64,000 nt of DNA from Callorhinchus milii (lineage: Eukaryota). The position numbers and the translations under genes are program-made. Below, piece by piece: positions 27,111 through 38,211 of the stretch (positions are counted from its first letter, which is position 1; each line of letters begins with the position of its first letter). The notes below the pieces were generated by a model that made no database searches, was not told where the DNA came from, and was given only the letters and a program-made list of their open reading frames with translations. Location of the stretch: the NCBI RefSeq assembly GCF_018977255.1, contig NW_024704742.1:73534001-73598000 (forward strand). Reading direction: 5' to 3'.

Positions 27111-27229
27111 AAATTGTTACAATATTTGTATCTATTCCAAATCACCGAGGGCAGTGCAGGATACATTAGAGATTGAAAAAAACATAGAGAATTTAATCTT
27201 GTCATCTCCAAAAGGTAATGTTTTCATGC

Positions 27230-28030
27230 ACCTGAAAAGGTGTACATGGGCTGATACCTACAAATGAAGTTTAATACAGATAAGTGTAATGTCTTACATA
27301 TAGGAAGTAAGAATAGGAAACACAAGCACTCAATTGAATAGGATTGAACTTGCCAAGGGGGCAGCTGAAATAGATCGAGGGATGTTAGTTGACCCATCGC
27401 TTACCATGTCAAAACAGTGTGAGGCAGCAATAAATAAGGCAAACAGGATGCTGGGCTATATTGCTAAATCAGTTGACTTCAATTCCCCGACTGATATAAA
27501 CAGGCTGTGCAGTGCTCTGGTCAAGCCACATATTATTATTATTATATAGAGTACTCCATATAGATCTGGTCACATAATTGGGCTGACCAGATCCCAGAGG
27601 CAGTGCAGAAGAGAGAAACAAGGATGATCCCCAGTGTTAGAGGAATCAGCTCTGAGCGATGATTAGACAAGCTGGGGCTTTTCAGTCTGGAGAGAACCTG
27701 ACTCAGAGGGGACCTCGTAGAGGTGTATATTATTTTAAACAGGATTGAAAAAGTAAACCCAGATTCATACTTGGGCATGCAACAAGTCAGTAGACCAAGA
27801 AGACATAGGTTTCATGCTGTAAAGGACAATTTCAGGGCGTATACCAGGAAGATTTTCTTTACCCAGAGTATAATGACTGGAACAGAAAGGGTGGTTGAGG
27901 CCAGGACACTAGACTCATTTAAAAAACTTGCATGGGAGATAGAGTGGGAGATAGAGTGGGTATTCTGGAGGGATGAGATTGGATGGGCTGAAGGGCAGTC
28001 TTCATCCAAACCAATTTTGTGATCTTGTGA
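27230..28030 (+). mobile_element. CR1-clade LINE 3' fragment
   Basis: KQCEAAINKANRMLGYIAK...ALVKPH, LGLFSLE, FFTQ motifs. Confidence 0.85.
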
Positions 28031-28854
28031 AATATGTTTTAAGAAAGGAAAAGCTCAACAAAGTCACATTATTCAGATAGTATGCTGACTTGATTGTCTG
28101 GGCATCTAAAATCCCATCAGGGAGTATTTCAACATGTTTCTACAATGCAGAATTTGTTGCTTTGTGATCAATTTTCTCATATATTACCTGCACCAGAGGG
28201 ATTGATTGTCTACCAACATTGAATAGTTGGGTTGAGACAGTACGTTGATAATCAGACCCAGAGAGTGATAGCAGGTAGACTCCAATTCGACTAAACCTGG
28301 AAAGGTTCCAGTGTATTATCCTCAAAGGAGGCAGATTGTCAACTACTAAATAACCTCTTGACCTATGACATGCTCCCGATGTGAATGGCGCTATACAAAT
28401 GTAATTTTATTGTTGTTGTATACAAGGCAGACCTTCTGGCCATTAAGAATCATCTGCTGTACAATTACTGCCAATGTTTACAAATTTGCAAGGCTTGTGG
28501 GGAGAGCGCAGGGGAGTGGAATTAATTTGGGTAGCTTTTTCAGTATGGGCACAATGGGCCAAATGATTAGCCCAAGGGATGTGAATGGCATCATTTTTGT
28601 TGTTCCATTGCCTATGTTTTGTCAGTATTTCAAAAATACCCATCCGACCAACTCCACTGAGTCCATCTATAGAACATGTGAGCCCGGGACACATTGATTC
28701 CTCCAGAGTTATAACACATGAATAGAATATAGGGTCATCTTCCTGGATCTCTAAAACCTTTCACACAAATTAGTAGTGCACACATATAATGTTTATAAAG
28801 AAAATATATCAGTTATGTAAAGATAGTTGTTTCAAATGAATTGGCAGTGTTGTA

Positions 28855-29420
28855 AATCATAGAATTATAGAATCATAGATTAATACAGAACAGAAGGAGG
28901 TCATTCGGCCCATTGTGCCCATGCCGGCTCTTTGAAAGAGCTATTCAAATTAATCCCAATCCCCTGCTCTATCCCCATAGCCCTGCAAATTTGTCCTCCC
29001 CAAATATCTATCCACTTCTCTCTTGAAAGTTGTTATCGATTTGGATAGCTCTTTCAAGCGGAGTCCTGTAGTTCAGTGGTTAGAGCACTCGCAAGCGAGA
29101 CACCTGGGTTCGATTCCTGGCAGGGTAAAACTCTGGGCAAGTTTCCTTACTCCACATGCCTGATAATAATCCCTCAAGAAAAAAAACAATATTAAGATTG
29201 GTCACTTCAATCCACGACAGTTTGTGGGACACTGCTGTGCGTAATTGGCTGCCACGTTTCGCCCACAAATTTACAGTCGATTCACTTTACAGTATATTCT
29301 GTGAAGCGCTTTGAATCGTCTAGGAGAAGTGAAAAGCGCTATATCAAATGCAAGGATTATTATTATTATCATTATTATTATCAAATCTGCTTCCACCACC
29401 TTTTCAAGCAGTGCATTCCA
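28855..29420 (-). mobile_element. CR1 3' end, interrupted by a young SINE at 29058-29380
   Basis: (ATCATAGA)n tail repeat and gtcattcggccc; resumes as atctgcttccaccacc after the SINE. Confidence 0.8.
29058..29380 (+). mobile_element. Young chimeric SINE, short form
   Basis: Same consensus; nested in a CR1 tail. Confidence 0.9.
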
Positions 29421-29662
29421 GCTAAACAATCTGCCTTGTATACAACAAACAACGATCTGGAATTACCTATTATATTGTAAGGAGATAAATGATCTGATTT
29501 ATTGAAATCAAGAATGTTGTTATCCTACAGATAACTGATAATAATTGTGAAATGATAAAATAATATATACTCTAGCAATATTGTCATGCACAGAATTATA
29601 TTTGTTACACAGTCTAGGCAAACATTCCATGCAGTGTTAGGGAGCCCTGCATTATTGAGGTC

Positions 29663-30270
29663 CACCTCAAGGCTGGACTACGGGAACTCTCTCCTCACCG
29701 TCCTTCCCGCCACCTCCCTCCACAGGCTGCAGGTCATTCAGAACGCTGCAGCTCGTGTACTGTCCCGCACCAGACACCGCGACCACATCACTCCCACCCT
29801 CGCTCGCCTCCACTGGCTCCCCATCCCCCAGAGGATCGAATTCAAGATCCTCACCCTCACCTACAAGGCCATTCACGGCCTTACTCCCTCCTACCTCTCC
29901 GACCTACTATCCCCCTACCTACCTGCCTGTACCCTCCGTTCCTCTGTCTCCGGTCTGCTCCAAATCCCCCGCCTAAACCGCCCTACCATCGGTGGCCGGG
30001 CTTTCAGCCTCTCAGCCCCGAGGCTCTGGAACTCCATCCCCCAGTGCCTTCGCCGCCTCCTCCCTTTCCTCCTTCAAGGCCGGTCTCAAGACCTTTCTCT
30101 TCAACCGTGCCTTCAGCTCCCCTCTCGACTCTCTACCCCCTCTTCGCTCCCTCCCTTCACCCTGACCATTTCCCCCTTGCTCGGGTCTCTACCCAACTGT
30201 CCAGCGCCTTGGGACATCCTCCCGACGTGAAAGGCGCTCTATAAATGCAATCATGTTGTTGTTGTTGTTG
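29663..30270 (+). mobile_element. L2 LINE 3' fragment (well preserved)
   Basis: SRLDYGNSLL...LQVIQNAAAR...LHWLPIPQRIEFKIL...GGRAFS; same 3' tail with (GTT)n. Appears inserted inside an older Deu-SINE. Confidence 0.9.
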
Positions 30271-30785
30271 ATGTCCTTTGGATTAGACGTTAAATTGAGG
30301 CATGTCTGCTTGTTCAAGTGGATGTTACCAAACTTATAGCACAACTCAAACAAATTAAAAGGGAAGTTCTCCCGATGTCTGGCCCCAAATAAAATTGATC
30401 ATTCGCTTTGTGGGACATTGCTGTGCACAAAACTAGTTGTCGTGTTTGCCCACAAAATACACAGACATTTTACACATTACAGTAAGTCACTTTCAGACAT
30501 TCTCCAGAAATTAATATCATTTATTATTATTACTGTCAACATAATTTCACAAAATCATATTGTGTCCTCGTATTCAGTACTTGCTACTTCTTAGGCATAA
30601 CAATACTTAATAATAATTCTCACATACTGTGGGTTTGACATCATTTTATTCTGACTAAATTGGGTGAAGGGGCAAGCCTTATGGCGCAGGACTCGAGCAA
30701 GGAAAGAGTAAAAGCAACAAAGCGATAAATGAACCAATAGCAGTTAAGTGACACCAAAGTTATATTAAAAAAGCCTGCAGATTCT

Positions 30786-31087
30786 AAATAATTATAATAA
30801 AACTTGCATTTGATATAGCACTTTTCAGGTCTTCTAGACATCTCAAAGCGCTTCACAGAATAGATTGTAAAGTAAATTGACTGTATACTTGTGGGCGAAA
30901 AGCGGTAGCCAATTGCACACAGCAGTCATGGATTGAGTGACCAATTTATTATTGTTTTTTTCTTGAGGGATTATTATCAGGTGTGTGGAGTAAAGAAACA
31001 TGCCCAAGGTTTTGCCCTGCCGGGAATCAAACCCAGGTCTCTCGCTTGCGAGGCGAGTGCTCTAATCACTGAGCTACAGGACTCCTC
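30786..31087 (-). mobile_element. Young chimeric SINE, short form
   Basis: Same consensus on the minus strand. Confidence 0.88.
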
Positions 31088-31789
31088 CAGATTTGGAGTA
31101 GAAAATCAAGCCTGAGGGATGTGAAGAATTCATGAGTTGCTTAGAAATAAATGTGTTAAAGCTTAAAGATCATATGATAAATTGTGTGGACATCAAATTA
31201 TGCTTGGAGAGGAAAGTTCAAGAAGGAATAATTTTACTAGAAAAACACAAAAGGTTGCTGAATGCTGGGGGTGAGAAAGTAATCAGTAATACAAAGCTTA
31301 CCTTGTAGCCTGACTGGTAAATGATTCTCCCTAAATATTGGAGCAGTGTAAACAACATCAACAACAACTTGCATTTATATAGCACCCTTCTTGTAGGGTA
31401 GTCTCAAACCCTTAAAATCTTGTATGGATTTGGTCTTTAGAGAGTGTTGGTGAGGTAAAAACCTTTTGATATGAAAGCAGATTCAGCATTAGTGCTGGAG
31501 GAGATCAGAGAATAGTAAATTTAATACACCAATAAAAGTGTAGATTTCCAGGTGAGAAGAGGTGATAGGTATTGGCTGGACTTGGGAGAGACATTGTCTT
31601 TAAGGAATTGATAGAAAGCAAGACATGGCCTTGATGTCTGTATCATAGAACTGATGTTGTTAACACTGCTCCAATGTTTGGGGAAAATCTTTTACAAGTC
31701 AGAACTCATGTTGGACACTAAAATGTTGACAAGATGGAAGCCATACTCCTTGGCTCCCGTCAGTGTCTTCCATCCTGCGCTCTGACCTC

Positions 31790-32505
31790 CTCAACCTCCC
31801 CAGCCTATCCCTCAGTCTTACCGAACCAATGTGGAACCTAGGAGTCAGGTTTGATCCACAACTTTCCATATTTCTTCACATCCGGTCCCTGACCAGGATC
31901 ACCTTCCTCCACCTCTGCCACATTGCCCACCTCTGACCATACTTTACCCCAGACACAGCCAACTTACTCCTCCATGTGTTTGTCACTCACCTCCTGACTC
32001 GACTTTTCAAATGCCCTCTTTGCTGGTCTCCCCAGCTCCACCATACACAAGATCCAGCTGATTCAAAACTCCACCACCCACATGCTCACCCGTACTAAAC
32101 TCTGTACCCTTATCACACCAGTTCTAGCCAGGCTCCACTGACTCCCTATCGCCAAATGGATCGGTTTCAAGATTCTCACACTCGTTTTCAAATTCCTTTA
32201 TACCCTGGCACCTCCCTAACTCTCCGTCCTGCTTACTCTCCAACCCACCACTACCTCCGCTCAACTGGCTGCAGCCTCCTGCATGTCCCTCATGCTCTCT
32301 GTTCCACCATCTGTAGCCGAGCTTTTACCCTTCCTCTTTCCCTCCTCCTTTCCCCTTCCTTCCCCATCTTCAGATTGCGCCTGAAGACCTTCCTCTTTGA
32401 CCGCGCCTATGGTGACATCCCCCCTCCCCCCAGCTCAGCGTCGTGCTCGCAACTGTCAAGTGCCCTGCGTGAGAGGCGCTATATAAATGCAAGTTGTTGT
32501 TGTTT
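31790..32505 (+). mobile_element. Degraded L2 3' fragment
   Basis: Similar to 9700-10470; tail aggcgctatataaatgcaagttgttgttg. Confidence 0.8.
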
Positions 32506-33117
32506 TTGTAAAATGCATTACTCGGAAACAGGATTCGAATAGCTAACTGCAAGTCCAGGTGTGTGAATGTCGGATTGCAAAACTCACAAAAGATTCTCCA
32601 AATAGAAAATCATGAATTCAATAAAAAATGGCCAGTGAACAAACACAAGAGTCTTTTTTGGGAGAATGTATCAGTTTGGGATTCACAAGTTACTGACAAA
32701 TCTTTAAATCCAATATTCACAAACAGGAAATTGCAATTAGATATTTTAATGCGTTTGAGAAAGTCACATTTTATACATCCATTGTCAATAACAACATTTG
32801 GAGGGAGGTGGCCAAAAGCAAAATAAAAAAGCTGGGTTTTCAAGCATGATTTGAAAACAGAGAGGAAAGGGTGGAGGGATTTAGGGGTAGATTTCCAGTG
32901 GACAGGGGCAAAGTTGCTGTAACCTCACTCGCAGGGGGCGTGATGCAGGCTGAAGTTAAAGAGGGAGTAATTTCAGACGTAGAGTTAAGGGGGAAAGGGT
33001 GGTGCAATGCTGGAGAAATTTGAAAGTGAGAATGAGGATCTTAATGTTGATCCATCTGATGGGATATAGGACATCTAAGAACTTGTTTGATCGTTACACT
33101 TCTCTGTGTCTCCACAG

Positions 33118-33312
33118 TATGGAATAAAAAAGAGAGAAGAGCAGGAAGCTGAAGCCCAGGCTGCAATGGAAGCACAAGCAGAAGGAAGTCTGACACGTCC
33201 CAAGAAAGCTATACCAGCTGGATGTGGAGATGAAGAGGAGGAAGAGGAGAGCATTCTGGACACTGTCTTAAAATATCTTCCAGGTCCTCTTCAGGACATG
33301 TTCAAAAAGTAA
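33118..33312 (+). CDS. CPLX1: Complexin (CPLX1/2 subfamily), last coding exon; upstream exons not found in this window
   Basis: Translates to [64 protein letters not shown], the complexin-1/2 C-terminal half. Preceded by a pyrimidine tract and acceptor (cacttctctgtgtctccacAG, AG at 33116-33117), phase 0, stop TAA at 33310-33312. No CAAX box, so not CPLX3/4. Family is secure; CPLX1 over CPLX2 is tentative (YGIKK and AEAQAAME favour CPLX1). Confidence 0.93.
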   Translation, partial: YGIKKREEQEAEAQAAMEAQAEGSLTRPKKAIPAGCGDEEEEEESILDTVLKYLPGPLQDMFKK

Positions 33313-35684
33313 CACACAGTCTTCGTCCTGTGAGATAACTTTTTGTTTTGTTGCTAAATGTAACCAATTCTCATTATAAAATGGGAATTTATTATCTTCA
33401 TTCCAGCTAATTCTGATTTAACAACCCATCTCTTCCTGTATAGTGGCATGAAATCCTCATTGCAACAGAACAGCCAGGAGAATTTTGTGTAGCAGTCTAG
33501 AAATAATCTAATCTGATAAGCCATGTTTATAGTTAAATAAAATCTAGATTATTTAATAGCGAAAAGAAAAAACTTGTACCTTTTTATCAATATGTGACCA
33601 GTTCTGCCCTGCAGAGCTTTTCAGACTTCTTGTTACATCGATATAAATACCTGTTATTCATCATACTTACTAGTTAAATGATAATGCATATTACTGCATC
33701 AGGTCACAGCACTGGGTCATGTCTACAAAGTAGTGCTAATTTATGGAGCACTGGAAGTGAATTCAGTCGTTAATTACTCTGTTAAAATCAATGTATGGTG
33801 ATTTTCTTATTTTGGACAGAGCCACTAAAAGAGCCCAGTGTTTTCTTATGTAAGTGTGTGTTATACATCCATTGGTTTCCTCCTTAAGGTTTGTGAGACA
33901 TATTTTCTATACATTCTTGTTAGTTACCACACAGTTTTATTAACACTATATGGATGCTGACTAGTAGACAGAGACTTCATGAATCTAAACATTGCAACAT
34001 GATATCTAAGCTCTGAAGAGTATTTAATTAAATCTTTACTTTGGTAATTCATTAAAGGATTGTGCAATAACAGACAATAGGTATTATTGTTGCACTGCCC
34101 TCCTTCCAAGGGAGTTTGACATTGGATGAGCCAAGTACTCATCACTTGCTGCATCTCATGAACACAGGGGACTAGTTTTAATCTTACCGATTAATATCCC
34201 CATCACCAAACAGGAAATGTTTTGCCAGTTTAACAGGTGAATTTAAATCCCTGCATTTGATAATGCAAAAGAATAATATGTATTCTTCATTTGTATATGT
34301 TTCTGGGGCCCCAGTTTTACTGCAGAAGCTATGGACCTTACAACATTTTATCTTATGTTAAAGATCAGAATTATATTTTAAATAAAATCGCAATGCAGCC
34401 TAAAACTCAGTCATTTGCAGAAGATCATTGTAAACCATTGTTTGTCATCAGTTTAGGGAAAGTACAAATGATTTCTTCATGAAATACAAACCAAGGTCTG
34501 GAATAGGTTTGCCAGGAGTAAAGTAGTTCATCATCCCATCACATTCAGGCTGCAAACATTCAGATCTGTGGAAAGTATCAAAGCTGGGAACCAGCTGGTC
34601 TGGTTAGCCCCATTTCGCAGCCATTTGACAACTGTCAACAAAAGACAGAGCACAATAATTGGTGGTGTGAAAATGAAATGTTGTAGCCAAAATACTTTTG
34701 CTATAAGTTCAACTTTTTTTCAGGATGTTCTACATGTCTTATTTGTCACAGATTAGGTCATTGTTGTCTGTCAAAGTATATAGTGAAACCTACTGTCAAA
34801 ATTGTAAATAGTTAAAATATATTCAAAACAATTAAGCCATTTAAAATTAATATGAGGAATAGATCAAATTGCTGGATATGGGACAATCCCATGATAACTA
34901 TCACTGTGAAATTCCAAGCAGCATGGTGAAGTATTTGTCATTGATGGATATTATGATCTGTTTCAATAGATAAAACCGCTGTATCTTCAGTACTGTATTT
35001 TCCTCATACCACATCATTTAGTACAATATTGTTAGTTACACTATTAGTTTCATCAACAAGGGAAATTCATCAGTAGCTGGAATTATTTTGCTAGGACAAA
35101 ATGCCATATTTCGTCTGGAACTCTCAGATGAAACTGTGTTTTCACTGTTGAGTGGAAGGTTAGATGCACATGTTATGAAAACCCAAAGAGGTGTACATCA
35201 GCCAGAAAGTTATTAATGCCGGTTACTGACTCACAATAGAACTGTTCTGGGTGTTGGGATCCATATGTTACTCTCCTTAGGGAAAAGTGAAGATACACGT
35301 TTTCCTGTGGAAATATTAGCATTTCTGCAGCTATTCATCTGGGAGATAATTCCCCACGGGCTCTGTGACTGACAGCATGTTTGTGTTCGCTTAGGGACTC
35401 TGCAATACCCAGTGTGCTCGCTGGCCTGTCACTTGACATGGATCCCTTGCATTACCCGCTCCCCGGTGCAGATCAGGCCACTGCCACAGATTTATCTTTC
35501 AAAACAACAGATGTCATTCCAAATAAAGAGTGAAAACACGATCTATGTAAGCAAAGTACCTGATTTGTATTTTAGTTTGAATTAAACCAAAGATAAAGTC
35601 GCTCCATAATTATGATTTATCAGGTGTTCTGGTTTGACACTAAGTTGACATTTATGGTTGGTGAGAGAAAGGAAATCATTTTAA

Positions 35685-35828
35685 GCAAAAGGCAAAATAC
35701 TGCAGATGCTGGAAATCTGAAATAAAAACAGAAGTCGCTGGGAACACTCAGCAGGTCAGGCAGCATCTATGGAGAGAGGAAAGTGAGTTAACGTTTCAGG
35801 TCGGTGACTTTTCGTCAGGACCCATTTT
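35685..35828 (-). mobile_element. Short Penelope-like element with hammerhead core, inserted antisense in the complexin 3' UTR
   Basis: Minus strand reads CTGACGA-aaagtcaccgacct-GAAA-CGTT-aac. Flanked by the 12 bp direct repeat aaatcattttaa (35673-35684 and 35829-35840). Confidence 0.75.
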
Positions 35829-37099
35829 AAATCATTTTAATCTCAGGTATGGGTTCTTGCATTTGAACACTCTGCGGTAGATCTGTGTGCGGGGCTTCCC
35901 ACCACTCTCTCACAGCCTTCCAGTAGAATAAAGCCAAGACTACGATATGAAGAGAAAACACATTTAGTTTGACAACTTTAATAATTCTGCGTATATTAGC
36001 AGAGAAAGCCATATAAGTGGGCTTGACAGTCTTGTACGTTTAATTAAACAGAAAAGAACAGTATTAAGAAAATAGCATCAATCATATGACGCAAGGAAGA
36101 TGTGAAAAAGTTGGGAATTGCATGCAAAACATTTTTTGTTACATATGTGGCTGAGACAGAAACCAAAGCAATAACATTCTGTTGCAGCACAGTATGTGTA
36201 ACAAAATCAGACAGTGTGTACCTCAGTGAAGGACATTGACTTGAAGGCATTGTTGCAGCAACAGCAGTGTTCTTATGAATGTGATAGAAAATGTAGTACC
36301 TCTGAGCAGCACCCTGATATCTCCAGTTATAATGCAACGTTATTATGTCTTTTAATTATCACGTAGTTTGCTCTTATTTCATTTGTGAAGTATTTGTTGT
36401 CTCACAGTATAAAATCCACTATGTTATAGTGCATTTGAGAAATTGAATTGTGGACTGACAAAGAAATCGTACATTTCTCGAACTACCGAAACAAGACAAA
36501 CTGAAGCAAACATAAACTACTGAAACATTTAAAACGTAATTAAAGACTGTCAAGCCAACATAAAATCTGACTGCAATATCTATAAATAAATACTAGTCTG
36601 TTTGAAAAAAACAATTTGTTCCACGTTACTTGCCGTATCAGCTATGCTTTTTATCCTTCATCATTCTGGTTTTGTTGTCTACGCAAAAAAAAGTCATAAT
36701 ATGCTACTGATTAACTTAAATTTAAAAATAAGATTCTAAGATTATACTGTAGCTAAAACCTTTGATGTGACCTGAATTTAAATGTCTGATGCATCTTCAG
36801 TTGCTGTACCTGGTGTTTGTCAACAAGCTGTTGTGAAAGTACTGCTCATTCATTGATTTGTTTCAGGCCAGTTCTTATTGGTGCTTGTAAGCTACTCTTC
36901 CGAGACGTGTATTTAGTATAAATTGGTGAGTTTTGTAATGTGAAGGATTTCAATCCTGCTTTTGAGCAAGTGCATGCCCAAGTACTTTGTGACTGTACGT
37001 TGTGTTTATTTCAGCACTTGTTGCATCTCACTGCATGCCATTTCTATGGAAATTGGTGTAATGTTCATCTACAATGAAATCACGCACGGTAACAACAAT

Positions 37100-37105
37100 A
37101 ATAAA
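37100..37105 (+). terminator. Candidate distal polyadenylation signal AATAAA
   Basis: AATAAA followed by a CA and a GT/T-rich downstream tract (cttgtgttttattt) near the end of the repeat-poor block. Other AATAAA at 33536, 34381, 35522, 35927 and 36585 could be alternative sites. Confidence 0.55.
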
Positions 37106-38211
37106 GTGATTTCATTCAAATTTGTATCTTACCTACCTTGTGTTTTATTTGCAAAAACGAGGTAGAAAATTGGGAAAATAGTTTATTTTTCCTCTGTTAT
37201 TTATGAAATTGGATCAAGCTGGAGCAGCATATTTCTTGTATTTTACACGTTGAGGAATCCGATTTTCACTGTATTGGTCATGTTTTAGTACTGTTTTTAT
37301 GTAGTCACAGATCTCTTATGTTCTAAGGACTTGAAGTAATTACAGAGATGAGACGAACCAGTTAATGATCAAAACCATTGAAATCTCAAGGCATCTCCCG
37401 AAACAGCAATTTCATATCAGAGGAGCTAAAATTGCAACAAGCGTGGGAAAGACAATGAAGAGGGGTGGAAGCTTTGCAGACAGTTCCCACAAGAAATCAG
37501 AGTTTGTGGCAGTTTGCTTGTTCAAGGAAACCACGACAATCAAAATATAGTCAATCCACTTTACAGTATATTCTGTGAGTGATTTGTGTTGTCTCAGTGA
37601 CGTGATAAGATGCTATATCAAATGCAAGGATTATTATTATTATAGAAAGAGGAGTTCTCTTGGTGTTCTGGCCAAGAATCCTTCTAATAAAATCCTTCTG
37701 ATAAAATTGTGTGTTTGTGTTTCACCCACAAATTTAAAGTAAGTTCACTTTACAGCATATTCTGTGAAACGCTTTGAGACATCTAGAAGACGTGAAAAGC
37801 GCTATATCAAATGCAAGGATTATTATTATCATTCACTGCATGGTTGTTTGTGACACCTTGCTGTGCACAAATTGTCTGCCTAGTTCGCCTGCAAATACAG
37901 AGCCATTGTATCTGACAACAATTACCTGTAAAGTGTTTTGAGACATTTCTATGTTATATGTGCAATATGAAATGCAAGAATTATTATGATAGTACTATAA
38001 AGATATGTGGAAAAAGCAGACTTGATGGTCCAGATGACTTAAGAAGGTGTCTCTTCTTAAATGCTCCTTAAATTATGAGTGCTTGGTAGTTATATTTAAA
38101 TGCTGAATACATTAAGCACTTGCATCTATTTGTTGTGCAGCAGTGAACACCAATATATTTACTGACTATTGATACAGTAATTTGCTCCAAAACTTCACTC
38201 ATTTTCATTGT

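Larger units (their letters stand above)
1..33117 (+). other. Distal part of a large intron preceding the last complexin exon
   Basis: Ends at a strong acceptor. I found no upstream complexin exon (ATKDMGKMLGG...RDK) in 1-33117. Confidence 0.7.
33313..37125 (+). other. Putative long 3' UTR of the complexin gene
   Basis: AT-rich and nearly free of SINE/LINE copies (one clear 144 bp insert), unlike both flanks. Contains several AATAAA and neuronal miRNA seed matches. The end is inferred from the distal polyadenylation signal. Confidence 0.65.

Noticed and set aside
29655..29670. 7 bp inverted repeat ttgaggt/acctcaa at an L2 5' junction
   Set aside because: The left arm is explained by the host Deu-SINE sequence (gaggt) and is too short to call a fold-back.
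33106..33117. N-terminal MSPQ of the ORF-track complexin call
   Set aside because: These bases are the intronic acceptor region (GTG start); the exon begins at 33118.
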